From: a virus | Taxonomy: Duplodnaviria > Caudoviricetes | Reading direction: 5' to 3' (one strand) | Length of the DNA stretch: 64,000 bases | Virus record (IMG/VR): IMGVR_UViG_3300010347_002030 | Shown here: positions 38,836 to 47,484 of the stretch, one piece after another | Position numbering within the stretch: position 1 is the first letter of the stretch | Layout of the letters: every line of letters begins with the position of its first letter | Made by a program: the position numbers and the translations under genes | Notes under the pieces: model-generated | Database searches by the model: none | What the model was told of the DNA's origin: nothing | What the model saw: only the letters and a program-made list of their open reading frames with translations

Positions 38836-40356
38836 TCATAGTTTTGCAAGTTTGGCTTCGGTTTCTTTCAATTTGGTAGTTATCGCCGACATATCAATGG
38901 TTGGAATTTCAAATCCCATTGATTTTCCGTCCAACATCTTGTTTCCAACGTAGTCATCGGAGGTATAAAGTCCAAATGGTTTACGTGGTTTCCAGTTTCG
39001 GAATACGTATTCCATGCCTTCCACGAATTGGGCGCACATATTGGTGGCATTCAAACCTCCCTCATTACACACCCATCGGCGACCTTCTCGACCACACACT
39101 TCTCGTTGTGCTTTTGGCATCTTAAACCAATACATGAAGGCTTCTGCAATATCTTCCCACTTTACAAGATCATCGAAGATATAAGGAGTAGGAATGCTTC
39201 CTTGAACCAATCGAGTGACTGGCCACAATGGGTATGCCCAAATCCCGTGATTTTTATATTTACCGACATTGTTTGAACCAAACTGTTGGTTAAATTCAAC
39301 TGGTTTGCCTTCGTCATCGGTCTGACCAATTTGGTCTTGAAGACCTCCCGTGACAGTAGCGATAACTGGGGTTGCACACATCAAGGATTCAGCAATTGAC
39401 AAACCAAATCCTTCGTTGGATGATGCATTGATGGTCACATCAGCAAAGCTATAGAGGTAAGGCATTTCCTCGGGTGGAATCTTAGCTGGCGAGAAAACAA
39501 TATCGTAATCCGGACATAGAGCCTCTTTCAAAGCAACGAGGTTAGTTCCGGCTTCATGCATAATTTCTGTGTGAAGAAGTAAGCAACATTTCTTGGCAAC
39601 TTCCTTCGGAAGATTGTCGCAAAATGTTCGATAACCCAAAACGATATTACTGGTTCGTTTTCTTTGAACATTACGACTATTGTAGAAAATGACGAAATCG
39701 TATTTCTTTCCACGAAAAATAGAGTTGTAACGGTCTTGGTAATCCTGTGTGGTTGGATCCATTTTGTGGAAGATACTTTCGTTAATACCATGTGGAACAT
39801 AGTGCAATAGTGACCGTCCATTCATTGGTTCGTGAATTGTGCAACAGTTTTCTGGACCAAGTACCCAACGGTTGATGTTCATCGTCTGTTTGGAAATGCT
39901 GAACAAAGCATCACAGCTTTCGTAGAACGGACGATTATACATGGGATAAGGAATATCATCCCAGATGTTGAGATAAGTTAATGGAATTTTTTGACGCAGA
40001 CTATGTTCCAATTGGTATAACCATCCCCAGAAACGTGGGTCTGTAAAATGCATAATGGCATCCGGCTTTTCTTGTTGAATCACGGCATAAAGAATCTCTT
40101 CATTTCCATAACCATCAACAGGATAGAGCTTCACATAAACATCGTTGTCACTTTTAATTTTGCCTTGACCAATTAGGTCTTTTGTGGCTTGGGATAAGTC
40201 CATGATTTTTCCGCTGTCTGGGTTCTTAATAGCTCCCGCCATCTGAACCCAGTAGTATTTGTGAACGGTTCCGAGAACCAATTCACGGGACATCGTGGCA
40301 ACACCTGAATGCATTCTCAGGTCATCGGATAGTAACAATATCTTTTTCTTTGGCAT
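38836..40356 (-). CDS. GT4-like (GT-B) glycosyltransferase
   Basis: KILLLSDD..SGV, RNVQRK, NEGFGLSIAES, TGGLQDQ. Confidence 0.88.
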   Translation of the reverse strand: MPKKKILLLSDDLRMHSGVATMSRELVLGTVHKYYWVQMAGAIKNPDSGKIMDLSQATKDLIGQGKIKSDNDVYVKLYPVDGYGNEEILYAVIQQEKPDAIMHFTDPRFWGWLYQLEHSLRQKIPLTYLNIWDDIPYPMYNRPFYESCDALFSISKQTMNINRWVLGPENCCTIHEPMNGRSLLHYVPHGINESIFHKMDPTTQDYQDRYNSIFRGKKYDFVIFYNSRNVQRKRTSNIVLGYRTFCDNLPKEVAKKCCLLLHTEIMHEAGTNLVALKEALCPDYDIVFSPAKIPPEEMPYLYSFADVTINASSNEGFGLSIAESLMCATPVIATVTGGLQDQIGQTDDEGKPVEFNQQFGSNNVGKYKNHGIWAYPLWPVTRLVQGSIPTPYIFDDLVKWEDIAEAFMYWFKMPKAQREVCGREGRRWVCNEGGLNATNMCAQFVEGMEYVFRNWKPRKPFGLYTSDDYVGNKMLDGKSMGFEIPTIDMSAITTKLKETEAKLAKL

Positions 40357-40362
40357 ATGTGC

Positions 40363-40797
40363 TTAGTAAATAACTTTGGCTTCTTTTACAAAAAACGAAA
40401 TTATCAACATGTTAGGTTTTCCTTCGTCGCTCCAGTTGTAGTCTCCAAATTGAACTTCCCCATCAACTCCTATGAATTCCCATGTAGTGTCCACTTGGGC
40501 GGTTGCACTTAAAATCTTAACGGTGATTTTAACTTCTTCTTTGGAGACCAAAGCAATAGCTGCTTCTTCCAAATTTGTTTCCAGAGGATTGTAGCATTGA
40601 AGTTCCAAATGACCAAGCCAACCTTTTTTGGTAAATGTTGGAGGCTGTATTCCTTTGATAACGTAGGATGGAAATCCGTCTATCTGGACAATGAAACGAT
40701 TGCTTACTTTTGGTTCAAATTGAACTTGTTCAAATCCCAACGCCTGTAAACGAGCTTTGAGGGTGGGAGAAACGGTTTCTTCTAATGATTGGTTCAT
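40363..40797 (-). CDS. Tail tube protein-like (gp19 fold), short divergent copy
   Basis: FEPKVSNRFIVQIDGFPSYVIK, YNP, W..G..FGDYNW. Confidence 0.6.
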   Translation of the reverse strand: MNQSLEETVSPTLKARLQALGFEQVQFEPKVSNRFIVQIDGFPSYVIKGIQPPTFTKKGWLGHLELQCYNPLETNLEEAAIALVSKEEVKITVKILSATAQVDTTWEFIGVDGEVQFGDYNWSDEGKPNMLIISFFVKEAKVIY

Positions 40798-40800
40798 AAA

Positions 40801-41166
40801 TTATTTCTGTTCAAGGACTCGACTGTTGTCGTTAAACTGTAGAAGGTCATTGATGGTTTTCATAATGTATGGGTCATGTTTGCTTTCTTTGATCCATACC
40901 ATTTCTTGACGAAACCCCATCTCAATGTTAAATGTGCCATCAGGATTGTTTAGAGTTCTCCTAATAAAATACCAAACAAACCCGGCTTTCGGATTCCTTT
41001 TCTCGATTTCATCGAGTTGTTCTTTGATTGGCCAAGTTGGAATCTCAAATTTGGAGTGTGGACCTCGAAAGTTTGTATCGGAGGTAACAGGAACAACATC
41101 TGAAAAATAGTCTTCCAAATCCTTTCGAGTTGCTACCAAAAGATGTTGCTTAATTATTTTATCCAT
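40801..41166 (-). CDS. Hypothetical protein
   Basis: ORF within the operon. Confidence 0.6.
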   Translation of the reverse strand: MDKIIKQHLLVATRKDLEDYFSDVVPVTSDTNFRGPHSKFEIPTWPIKEQLDEIEKRNPKAGFVWYFIRRTLNNPDGTFNIEMGFRQEMVWIKESKHDPYIMKTINDLLQFNDNSRVLEQK

Positions 41167-41405
41167 TATGACTGTGGTGGGGTTTCTGTTGCCGAAGTGG
41201 AGGTTTCTTCAACCTTCGGAATAGAATACGCAATAACGGTTTCTCTAAAAGAAGCGGAAACTTGATTATTGCCAACGAAAAGGTTAACACATTTCTCTAC
41301 AAGGGTTTGTAAAGAGATTTTATGGCGAACGCCGAGAATTTTTAACTCATCATAGAGATCGGTGGGGATTTTGACAGTTGTAGCTATTTTGTCTTTTTCT
41401 TTCAT
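41166..41405 (-). CDS. Ribbon-helix-helix DNA-binding protein
   Basis: TTVKIPTDLYDELK..ISLQTLVEKCV. Confidence 0.65.
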   Translation of the reverse strand: MKEKDKIATTVKIPTDLYDELKILGVRHKISLQTLVEKCVNLFVGNNQVSASFRETVIAYSIPKVEETSTSATETPPQS

Positions 41406-41493
41406 AAATCGAAAACAATTTTCAACACATAACACGTATTGAGTTACCAATACGTATGTGCGTAAAACTATTTTCGATTTATTTTATTTTGGG

Positions 41494-41937
41494 TTATTCA
41501 GTTTCCCATGGATACACTATCCAGTCGTTCTTCTGTTTTTCGGCTACGAAGAAGTCTGGACGGTGTTTGGGACTGTTTTCTGGGCACCAATGAAGAGTGG
41601 CTATCCAGAATTTGGGGATGAACTTGTAAATAAGTTCTTTGAAATACTGAATGGTTCCTCCGCTGTCAATAATATCGTCAACGAGAAGAAATGGAGTGTG
41701 AGGAAGATTTTCGATCCGACAAACGCATGACCCATCTGTGTGCTCTTTATCGCCGTACCGAGAAATCAAAATTGAGTGATGTTCCTTTCCTAGAGTGTAT
41801 GCCAGCCATTTACTGATATGAACTCCACCTCTCTCGATACCAACGATGTGTTCAAATTGATTTCGAATCGGAACAATCTGATTACATAGTTCCGTCATCA
41901 TTCTTGACGTATCTTGATTCGAGAGATAGATTTTCAT
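41494..41937 (-). CDS. Type I (purine) phosphoribosyltransferase
   Basis: GIERGG, LLVDDIIDSGGT, WIVYPWE. Confidence 0.88.
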   Translation of the reverse strand: MKIYLSNQDTSRMMTELCNQIVPIRNQFEHIVGIERGGVHISKWLAYTLGKEHHSILISRYGDKEHTDGSCVCRIENLPHTPFLLVDDIIDSGGTIQYFKELIYKFIPKFWIATLHWCPENSPKHRPDFFVAEKQKNDWIVYPWETE

Positions 41938-42818
41938 TAATCTTTTATGTCTGCTATTGCATCACAGGCTTTACCTTTATGAAGACAATACTTGCAGTTT
42001 GTTTTGTTTTTACCGGGAATCTTGGGATATTTGATGTCTTCGTTATATGACCCATCCGGTTTGAAGCATTCCGTAAGAAACTGATTGAAATGTTTCACAA
42101 CACGATCCACTTCCGCTTGACTGGCATTGGGTTTGAAAATTTGAATATGGGTCTGTTTGAAATTGCAATTTTCGTAGAGTTTTCGTTTAATAATGAAGAA
42201 CTCCACATCAATCATTGAGATCGGAATATTATGTTTCCGGCTGTAGAGTGCTTTGTAGAGCACCAATTGAGAAGTTTTGGCAAGGTCTTCCATTTGCGCC
42301 TTACTCCATTCAAGACGAGACGTTTTGAAATCAAATATTTTTATGCGACCCGTCGCCTTTTCTTTTAATACAAGGTCAATGAATCCCCAGTATTGAGTGT
42401 TGTTAGTCAACTCCATAGTGAGTTCATCTTCTACTCCAAGAAACTCATATTTGTCAGGGGGAAAATGTTGAAGGCGAACGGATGCTTTTAGAAACTCATT
42501 TATGAAGTTAATTCCGTCCTCAACGAACTCTTGTATCTCCTCTTGAGTGCATTTTATTTGATTTTCATGGACTTCATCAATAAAATGATCGATAAAGAAA
42601 TCACGGAGTTGAAGCGTGGTCGCTTTTACCAATCCTTCGGTGTAAAGTGTTTTAACGTAGTGCTGGAGAGTTTCGTGAATGGCGTTGCCAAATGTTAGGT
42701 TGAGATTAACTTCACGAGTCCGAAGACCCTTGACGTAATCGAGATACCAGTGATGGGGACAAACGAACCACTTCCCATATTGACTGTAACTGACGGTTTT
42801 CTTTTGTACTTCACTCAT
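41937..42818 (-). CDS. PD-(D/E)XK RecB/Cas4-like exonuclease
   Basis: SYSQ..CP, FGNAIH, GFIDL, DFKT, QL..Y, CKYC..C. Confidence 0.88.
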   Translation of the reverse strand: MSEVQKKTVSYSQYGKWFVCPHHWYLDYVKGLRTREVNLNLTFGNAIHETLQHYVKTLYTEGLVKATTLQLRDFFIDHFIDEVHENQIKCTQEEIQEFVEDGINFINEFLKASVRLQHFPPDKYEFLGVEDELTMELTNNTQYWGFIDLVLKEKATGRIKIFDFKTSRLEWSKAQMEDLAKTSQLVLYKALYSRKHNIPISMIDVEFFIIKRKLYENCNFKQTHIQIFKPNASQAEVDRVVKHFNQFLTECFKPDGSYNEDIKYPKIPGKNKTNCKYCLHKGKACDAIADIKD

Positions 42819-42884
42819 ATATGCTGACCACACTTACGCTCCATATTTAAGCAGACCATATCAGACAAACGAGGAAAACACAAC

Positions 42885-42892
42885 TATTTATA
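42885..42892 (+). promoter_or_regulatory. TATTTATA motif (putative late promoter)
   Basis: TATTTATA-cgt-ATG. Confidence 0.6.
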
Positions 42893-42895
42893 CGT

Positions 42896-43645
42896 ATGAA
42901 ACGTTTACTGACTTATTTTATGGTCCTTCTGCTTGGTGGTTCAATGCTCACCGCAGAAGAGTTTATGACGGGTGGTATTTACGTCCAAAACGCTCCTGCT
43001 GCGTTCTCTTACACACTCCTAAGTAAGACCACAAACCTTGTGCAGCAACTCGTTATAGGTAAAACCTACCATCTTGAAACGGACGTGATGGAATTTAGGA
43101 CGAAAGCAAATGAAGAAGTTGCATTGTCTTTTTCCACGGGTCTTCAACTGAAAATTAATCCATCTTCAACATTTTCAGTTGATGCATTCAATCAACTTGT
43201 CAAAAACAACGAATCTCAACCCGCCACATTGCAAGGTGAGTATTCGGTTACCGCTCTTTCTCTCATGGATGGTGAGGTTGAATTAATCGCACCAAAGTTT
43301 GATACCAATTCTCAGTGTATCTTGCAGACACCACTCGTTAACGTTAACGTAGCGGAAGGTCGGTTGGTAGTTAAAGCAAACCCTAAGTGGGTTATGTTGA
43401 ACGCAATTGAAGGTGGTGTAACCGTAGTTGATTCTAAGAATAATAAGACCTTTATCGATAAAGGTCAGATGGGACTTATTATACAATATCCCGGCAAAAA
43501 TGACCAGATTATGGTCACTCAGAAGGCAATTTCGCCCGAAGAACTCTATAAAATGACGGCATCGTTGAATAAACTCGCCCTAAACAGTAAAGACATTCTG
43601 TTTATTGTATTCGACAAGAAAGTGGTCGGCGTCAGATTAAAATAA
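42896..43645 (+). CDS. Secreted FecR-domain-like protein
   Basis: Signal peptide; RT..A.L.FSTG..L.I.PSS, LMDG, QTP, IEGGV FecR-type pattern. Confidence 0.6.
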   Translation: MKRLLTYFMVLLLGGSMLTAEEFMTGGIYVQNAPAAFSYTLLSKTTNLVQQLVIGKTYHLETDVMEFRTKANEEVALSFSTGLQLKINPSSTFSVDAFNQLVKNNESQPATLQGEYSVTALSLMDGEVELIAPKFDTNSQCILQTPLVNVNVAEGRLVVKANPKWVMLNAIEGGVTVVDSKNNKTFIDKGQMGLIIQYPGKNDQIMVTQKAISPEELYKMTASLNKLALNSKDILFIVFDKKVVGVRLK

Positions 43646-43646
43646 G

Positions 43647-43675
43647 TTGTGGTTTAGTTTCGTTTGTGATAGGTT
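43647..43675 (+). promoter_or_regulatory. Sigma70-like promoter, leaderless
   Basis: TTGTGG-17 nt-TAGGTT with TG extension; ATG 6 nt later. Confidence 0.5.
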
Positions 43676-43681
43676 CATTGC

Positions 43682-43981
43682 ATGACATTGGACCAATTGG
43701 ATTCCTTGACCGAAGATGAGTTGGTGATGGCTTTGTACATTGTCAACCATTTATTTCCAGTTTCGCTTGTTGGCGAAATATCTCCTCGTGGACTGACATG
43801 GTTTCGTAAAGGAGAATTAGAAAAGAAAATCCAGCAGGCATTTCCTCATATCAAAAGAGAAGCACATCCTGTTTTTTCGGGATTACTTAATAAACTGGGC
43901 TTGCCGCACGAAATTAGATACGAACAGCCACCAGCACCTCAAGCACCCACGGGTTCAAATTCAGTAACAAGTTCTGTATGA
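43682..43981 (+). CDS. Hypothetical protein
   Basis: ORF translationally coupled to the next gene. Confidence 0.6.
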   Translation: MTLDQLDSLTEDELVMALYIVNHLFPVSLVGEISPRGLTWFRKGELEKKIQQAFPHIKREAHPVFSGLLNKLGLPHEIRYEQPPAPQAPTGSNSVTSSV

Positions 43982-44442
43982 CATTCGAAGAACTAAGAGA
44001 ATTTTCTGCAATTTACCACCATAAATTCATTGTATTGCAATACATGAATGCAATTATTCAAAATCTGATTGTAAGGGCAGAACAACACGATCAAAGCAAG
44101 TTTTCCGATGAAGAGTTCACGGGATTAGTCGCAGCAATAGACGATCTTAAAAAGTATCCTTATGGTACTCCCGAATATGAAGCAATGCGTGTGAAGCACG
44201 CCAAGATTTTCCAAACCCATTACGCCAAGAATCGTCATCATCCAGAACATTTTGCGAACGGGATTGAGGACATGAACCTTATGGATTTGATTGAAATGCT
44301 GGTGGATTGGAAAGCAGCGTCAATGCGTGTTGGCAGCGGTGGAACGATTGAAAATTCCATCAAGGTCACAGCCGACAAATACAACATCCATCCCCAACTG
44401 GTAAAAATACTTGAAAACACGGCAAAAGCGTGTAAGATGTAA
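43978..44442 (+). CDS. HD-like protein, DUF5662-type
   Basis: HDQSK, H..NRHHPEH, EMLVDW. Confidence 0.7.
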   Translation: MTFEELREFSAIYHHKFIVLQYMNAIIQNLIVRAEQHDQSKFSDEEFTGLVAAIDDLKKYPYGTPEYEAMRVKHAKIFQTHYAKNRHHPEHFANGIEDMNLMDLIEMLVDWKAASMRVGSGGTIENSIKVTADKYNIHPQLVKILENTAKACKM

Positions 44443-44447
44443 GTTCA

Positions 44448-46886
44448 ATGTATCAGAATATTTTCGTAGATCGCCGTAATGGCGTAGTTCACCTTTGGGA
44501 TGATGAGAAAGGCCACATCGATTTTCCCATTGAAGCGGTGCATTACGCTTATCGGAAGAAAAAAGGTGGCGAATACAAGTCTCTGTACGGTGATGAACTT
44601 GAAGAAACGATGTATTACACCGACGGTGATAATTCGTTATTTGAATCTGATGTTTCGCCGGAAGTTAAGACGTTAACCAAGATTTACGAAGATAGTGATG
44701 ATCCGTCAGAGGGTCATCGCATTGGGGTCATCGACATTGAAGTTGATTCTACTGGTGGGTTTCCAAATAAAGAAACCGGAGACAAGGAAATCACTTGTAT
44801 TGCTCTTTACGATTCCGCAACTGAAAAATTTTTCTCTTTTGTTCTTGATCCAGAAGGCAAAATTCCACCACGCACCGAGAAAGTCAAACTGAAATCATCT
44901 GATACCAAGGAATATAATTGGGAAATTCGTTCGTTCAGAATCGAGGAAAAACTCTTGGAGAATTTTCTGAATCAATGGGAACAATGTAACTTTACGATTG
45001 TCACCGGTTGGAACTGTATTCCAATCAATCAGTCGGTGTGGACGAGAAATCGGATTGTCCCAATTAAAGACCTAAACTCGAATCATCTCTATAACTCCAC
45101 CTTGAGACGGACGTTCCCGAAAACGGTGAAGGAAAAATGGCGTATCACACTTGAGAATGGCCAAATCGTAGAATCATCGGGAGATCATCGGTTTCCCGTA
45201 AAACTTGTAAATCCCAAGGAATATATTACGTTTCAAACATCTCCCAAGTCTAATATTCTAGATGCGGACTTGAAAACACGTCAGATTTCATCTTTTATTA
45301 AATGCTTGGATGTTTACTGTTCGGTGCCCATGCGAAAAAATACAGAACCCGATGATGAGACTTATACATTGGACCAATTATATTTGGCGGGATTGATATA
45401 TACGGATGGGACGTTGAAAGATCCCAACGAAATTCTTCGAGGATATACTTTTTATCAGTCGGACGTGGAGTTGATGGAATATTTGTCTGAACTTGGATTA
45501 CAAAGTTCGATTTCGGGACCAAATAAAGGATGTTATTCCAGATATGTTAATTTTTCATATTTGGGTAAGGCCAGCGAGTTGATATATTCTGGAAATCGGA
45601 AAAAACTTAATTTAGAAAAACTATCGGCACTCTCATACAGACAGTTTATGCGGTTCCTTTCGGGTCTTCTAGACGGAGATGGATGTAAGACTAATGGCGT
45701 GGGATTTTCATTATGCAATTTTAATGGGGATCTGGATACTTTACAAGAACTCTGCCAGTGGAATGGGATATTTTGTACCCGGACACAATCTACTCTTAGG
45801 TTTATCGATATTTGTTTTGAAGATCTAACCGTTCAAAAAAAATCACGCTGGCAAAATCAGCAAGAGTCGAGTTTTTCACGAGTATCGAAGCAAAAATCTG
45901 AGCAAACTCGATTCAAAAAGCTTGGAGACGTTTACTGGGTTAAAGTTCGATCCGTAGAATATATTGGAACCTCAACTCAAATGACCGACATTGAGACGGA
46001 TACTCATTATTTTGTCAGTCGGGGAGTTACGACTCATAATTGTAATGATTTTGACATGCCCTATATCTTTGCCCGTCTTCGCACGGTACTTGGAAAGAAA
46101 ATGGGGTATAAGCTTTCTCCTGTTGGAATTGCATATCTTCATCGGTTTACTCAAACAATGAGGATTGCCGGAATTTCTCTTTTGGATTACATGGAACTTT
46201 ACAAAAAGTTCATTGGAAAAGATCAGCCAAGTTTTTCGTTGGGGTACATTGGACAGGAAGAAGTTGAGATTGGAAAAACGGTATTTAAGGGAAGTTTGGT
46301 TCAACTCTATAAACAGGATTTGAATCGCTATGTGGAATACAACTTGAACGACGTGAAGATCGTTGTAGCTCTCGACAAGAAATTGGATTTCATTCACCTT
46401 GCACGTTCGGTTTGCCACAAGGGGCATGTTCCTTACGAATGGTACATGTATTCGTCACGTTGGATTGATGGTGCCTTGTTGACGTATCTTCACCGAAATA
46501 AGCTCATTGCTCCAAATAGGCCAGAAGGTGGAAGAGAAACCTATGAAACAATGAAGGAAGAGGGAGCTGAGGGATTTGAAGGTGCGTATGTCAAAGATCC
46601 AGTACCGGGGTTATATGATTGGGTCTATTCTTCTGATGTGACTTCACTATATCCCTCGGTTATTATGTCCCTGAATATTTCTCCCGAAACCAAAGTGGGT
46701 AAGATTGAAAATTGGGACACCGAAAAGTTTGTTAATGGACAAGTTGGTGCGGTAAAGATAGGAGAAGTCCAATATACGGCGGAACAGTTCAAAGAGCTTA
46801 TTAAAGACGGGTGTATGAGTATTAGTTCCAACGGAGTTTTGTACAAACAACCTGTCAAAAAAATAGTGGGTAAAATACTCCCATGA
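44448..46886 (+). CDS. Family B DNA polymerase, N-terminal part (3'-5' exonuclease plus motif A), intein-containing
   Basis: DIEV ExoI, GWN..FD ExoII, YNLND ExoIII, GAYV, DVTSLYPS. Confidence 0.92.
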   Translation: MYQNIFVDRRNGVVHLWDDEKGHIDFPIEAVHYAYRKKKGGEYKSLYGDELEETMYYTDGDNSLFESDVSPEVKTLTKIYEDSDDPSEGHRIGVIDIEVDSTGGFPNKETGDKEITCIALYDSATEKFFSFVLDPEGKIPPRTEKVKLKSSDTKEYNWEIRSFRIEEKLLENFLNQWEQCNFTIVTGWNCIPINQSVWTRNRIVPIKDLNSNHLYNSTLRRTFPKTVKEKWRITLENGQIVESSGDHRFPVKLVNPKEYITFQTSPKSNILDADLKTRQISSFIKCLDVYCSVPMRKNTEPDDETYTLDQLYLAGLIYTDGTLKDPNEILRGYTFYQSDVELMEYLSELGLQSSISGPNKGCYSRYVNFSYLGKASELIYSGNRKKLNLEKLSALSYRQFMRFLSGLLDGDGCKTNGVGFSLCNFNGDLDTLQELCQWNGIFCTRTQSTLRFIDICFEDLTVQKKSRWQNQQESSFSRVSKQKSEQTRFKKLGDVYWVKVRSVEYIGTSTQMTDIETDTHYFVSRGVTTHNCNDFDMPYIFARLRTVLGKKMGYKLSPVGIAYLHRFTQTMRIAGISLLDYMELYKKFIGKDQPSFSLGYIGQEEVEIGKTVFKGSLVQLYKQDLNRYVEYNLNDVKIVVALDKKLDFIHLARSVCHKGHVPYEWYMYSSRWIDGALLTYLHRNKLIAPNRPEGGRETYETMKEEGAEGFEGAYVKDPVPGLYDWVYSSDVTSLYPSVIMSLNISPETKVGKIENWDTEKFVNGQVGAVKIGEVQYTAEQFKELIKDGCMSISSNGVLYKQPVKKIVGKILP
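45015..46040 (+). mobile_element. Intein (342 aa) with LAGLIDADG endonuclease in PolB ExoII
   Basis: GWN|CIPINQ...TTHN|CNDFD; SGDH; LAGLIYTDG, LSGLLDGDG. Confidence 0.92.
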
Positions 46887-46923
46887 ATGGTGTTTTCGAA
46901 GAACGGCGTTATACGTATATCAT

Positions 46924-47484
46924 ATGAAACTCATCGAATATGATAAACTTATAAAAGTTGGTGATCGAGTCGAACAACTCGAAGTGATAGAAACCCCCGT
47001 TCATAAACCCAAACCACATGGATGTAAAGAATGGTTTGTAAAGGTTAAATGCGACTGTGGCTCTACAAAAGAAATGAGATGTGTTCGATGGGTACGTAAG
47101 CAGATGAAACGATGCCGAGCGTGTCAGTTGATTGGTTCTGGGAACTATGCATGGAATGGAGTGGGAGAGATAAATGGACAAACGTTATGTCATATACGAA
47201 ATGGTGCCAAGGCACGGGGGTTGACATATGATTTGACTAAAGAGTTTCTCTGGGATCTTTTTCTCAAACAAGAACGAAAATGTGCATTGTCGGGACTCCC
47301 TATTCAGTTCACCATAAATAAGAGTGAGAAAACTGCTTCGCTGGATAGGATAGATTCAGCAAAGGGTTATATAGAAGATAATGTTCAGTGGATACACAAG
47401 GACATTAACTTGATGAAAAACCATTTTGATCAATCTTATTTTTTGAGATTATGTAAGGCGATTTGTGAGCGAAATAAGAGTTGA
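46924..47484 (+). CDS. Free-standing HNH-like homing endonuclease
   Basis: KCDCG..CRAC N-terminal domain; CALSG..ASLDRIDSAKGY..NVQW..INLMK. Confidence 0.8.
   Translation: MKLIEYDKLIKVGDRVEQLEVIETPVHKPKPHGCKEWFVKVKCDCGSTKEMRCVRWVRKQMKRCRACQLIGSGNYAWNGVGEINGQTLCHIRNGAKARGLTYDLTKEFLWDLFLKQERKCALSGLPIQFTINKSEKTASLDRIDSAKGYIEDNVQWIHKDINLMKNHFDQSYFLRLCKAICERNKS

Noticed and set aside
16734-40356. Host chromosomal O-antigen locus
   Set aside because: No flippase, polymerase or chain-length genes; continuous with phage-type genes and shares their promoter motifs
41937-42818. CRISPR-associated Cas4 system
   Set aside because: No array or other cas genes seen; solo nucleases of this type are common in phages
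46887-47464. Group I intron in polB
   Set aside because: Almost no non-coding sequence flanks the endonuclease, and both halves have their own terminal extensions; not formally excluded without a covariance search
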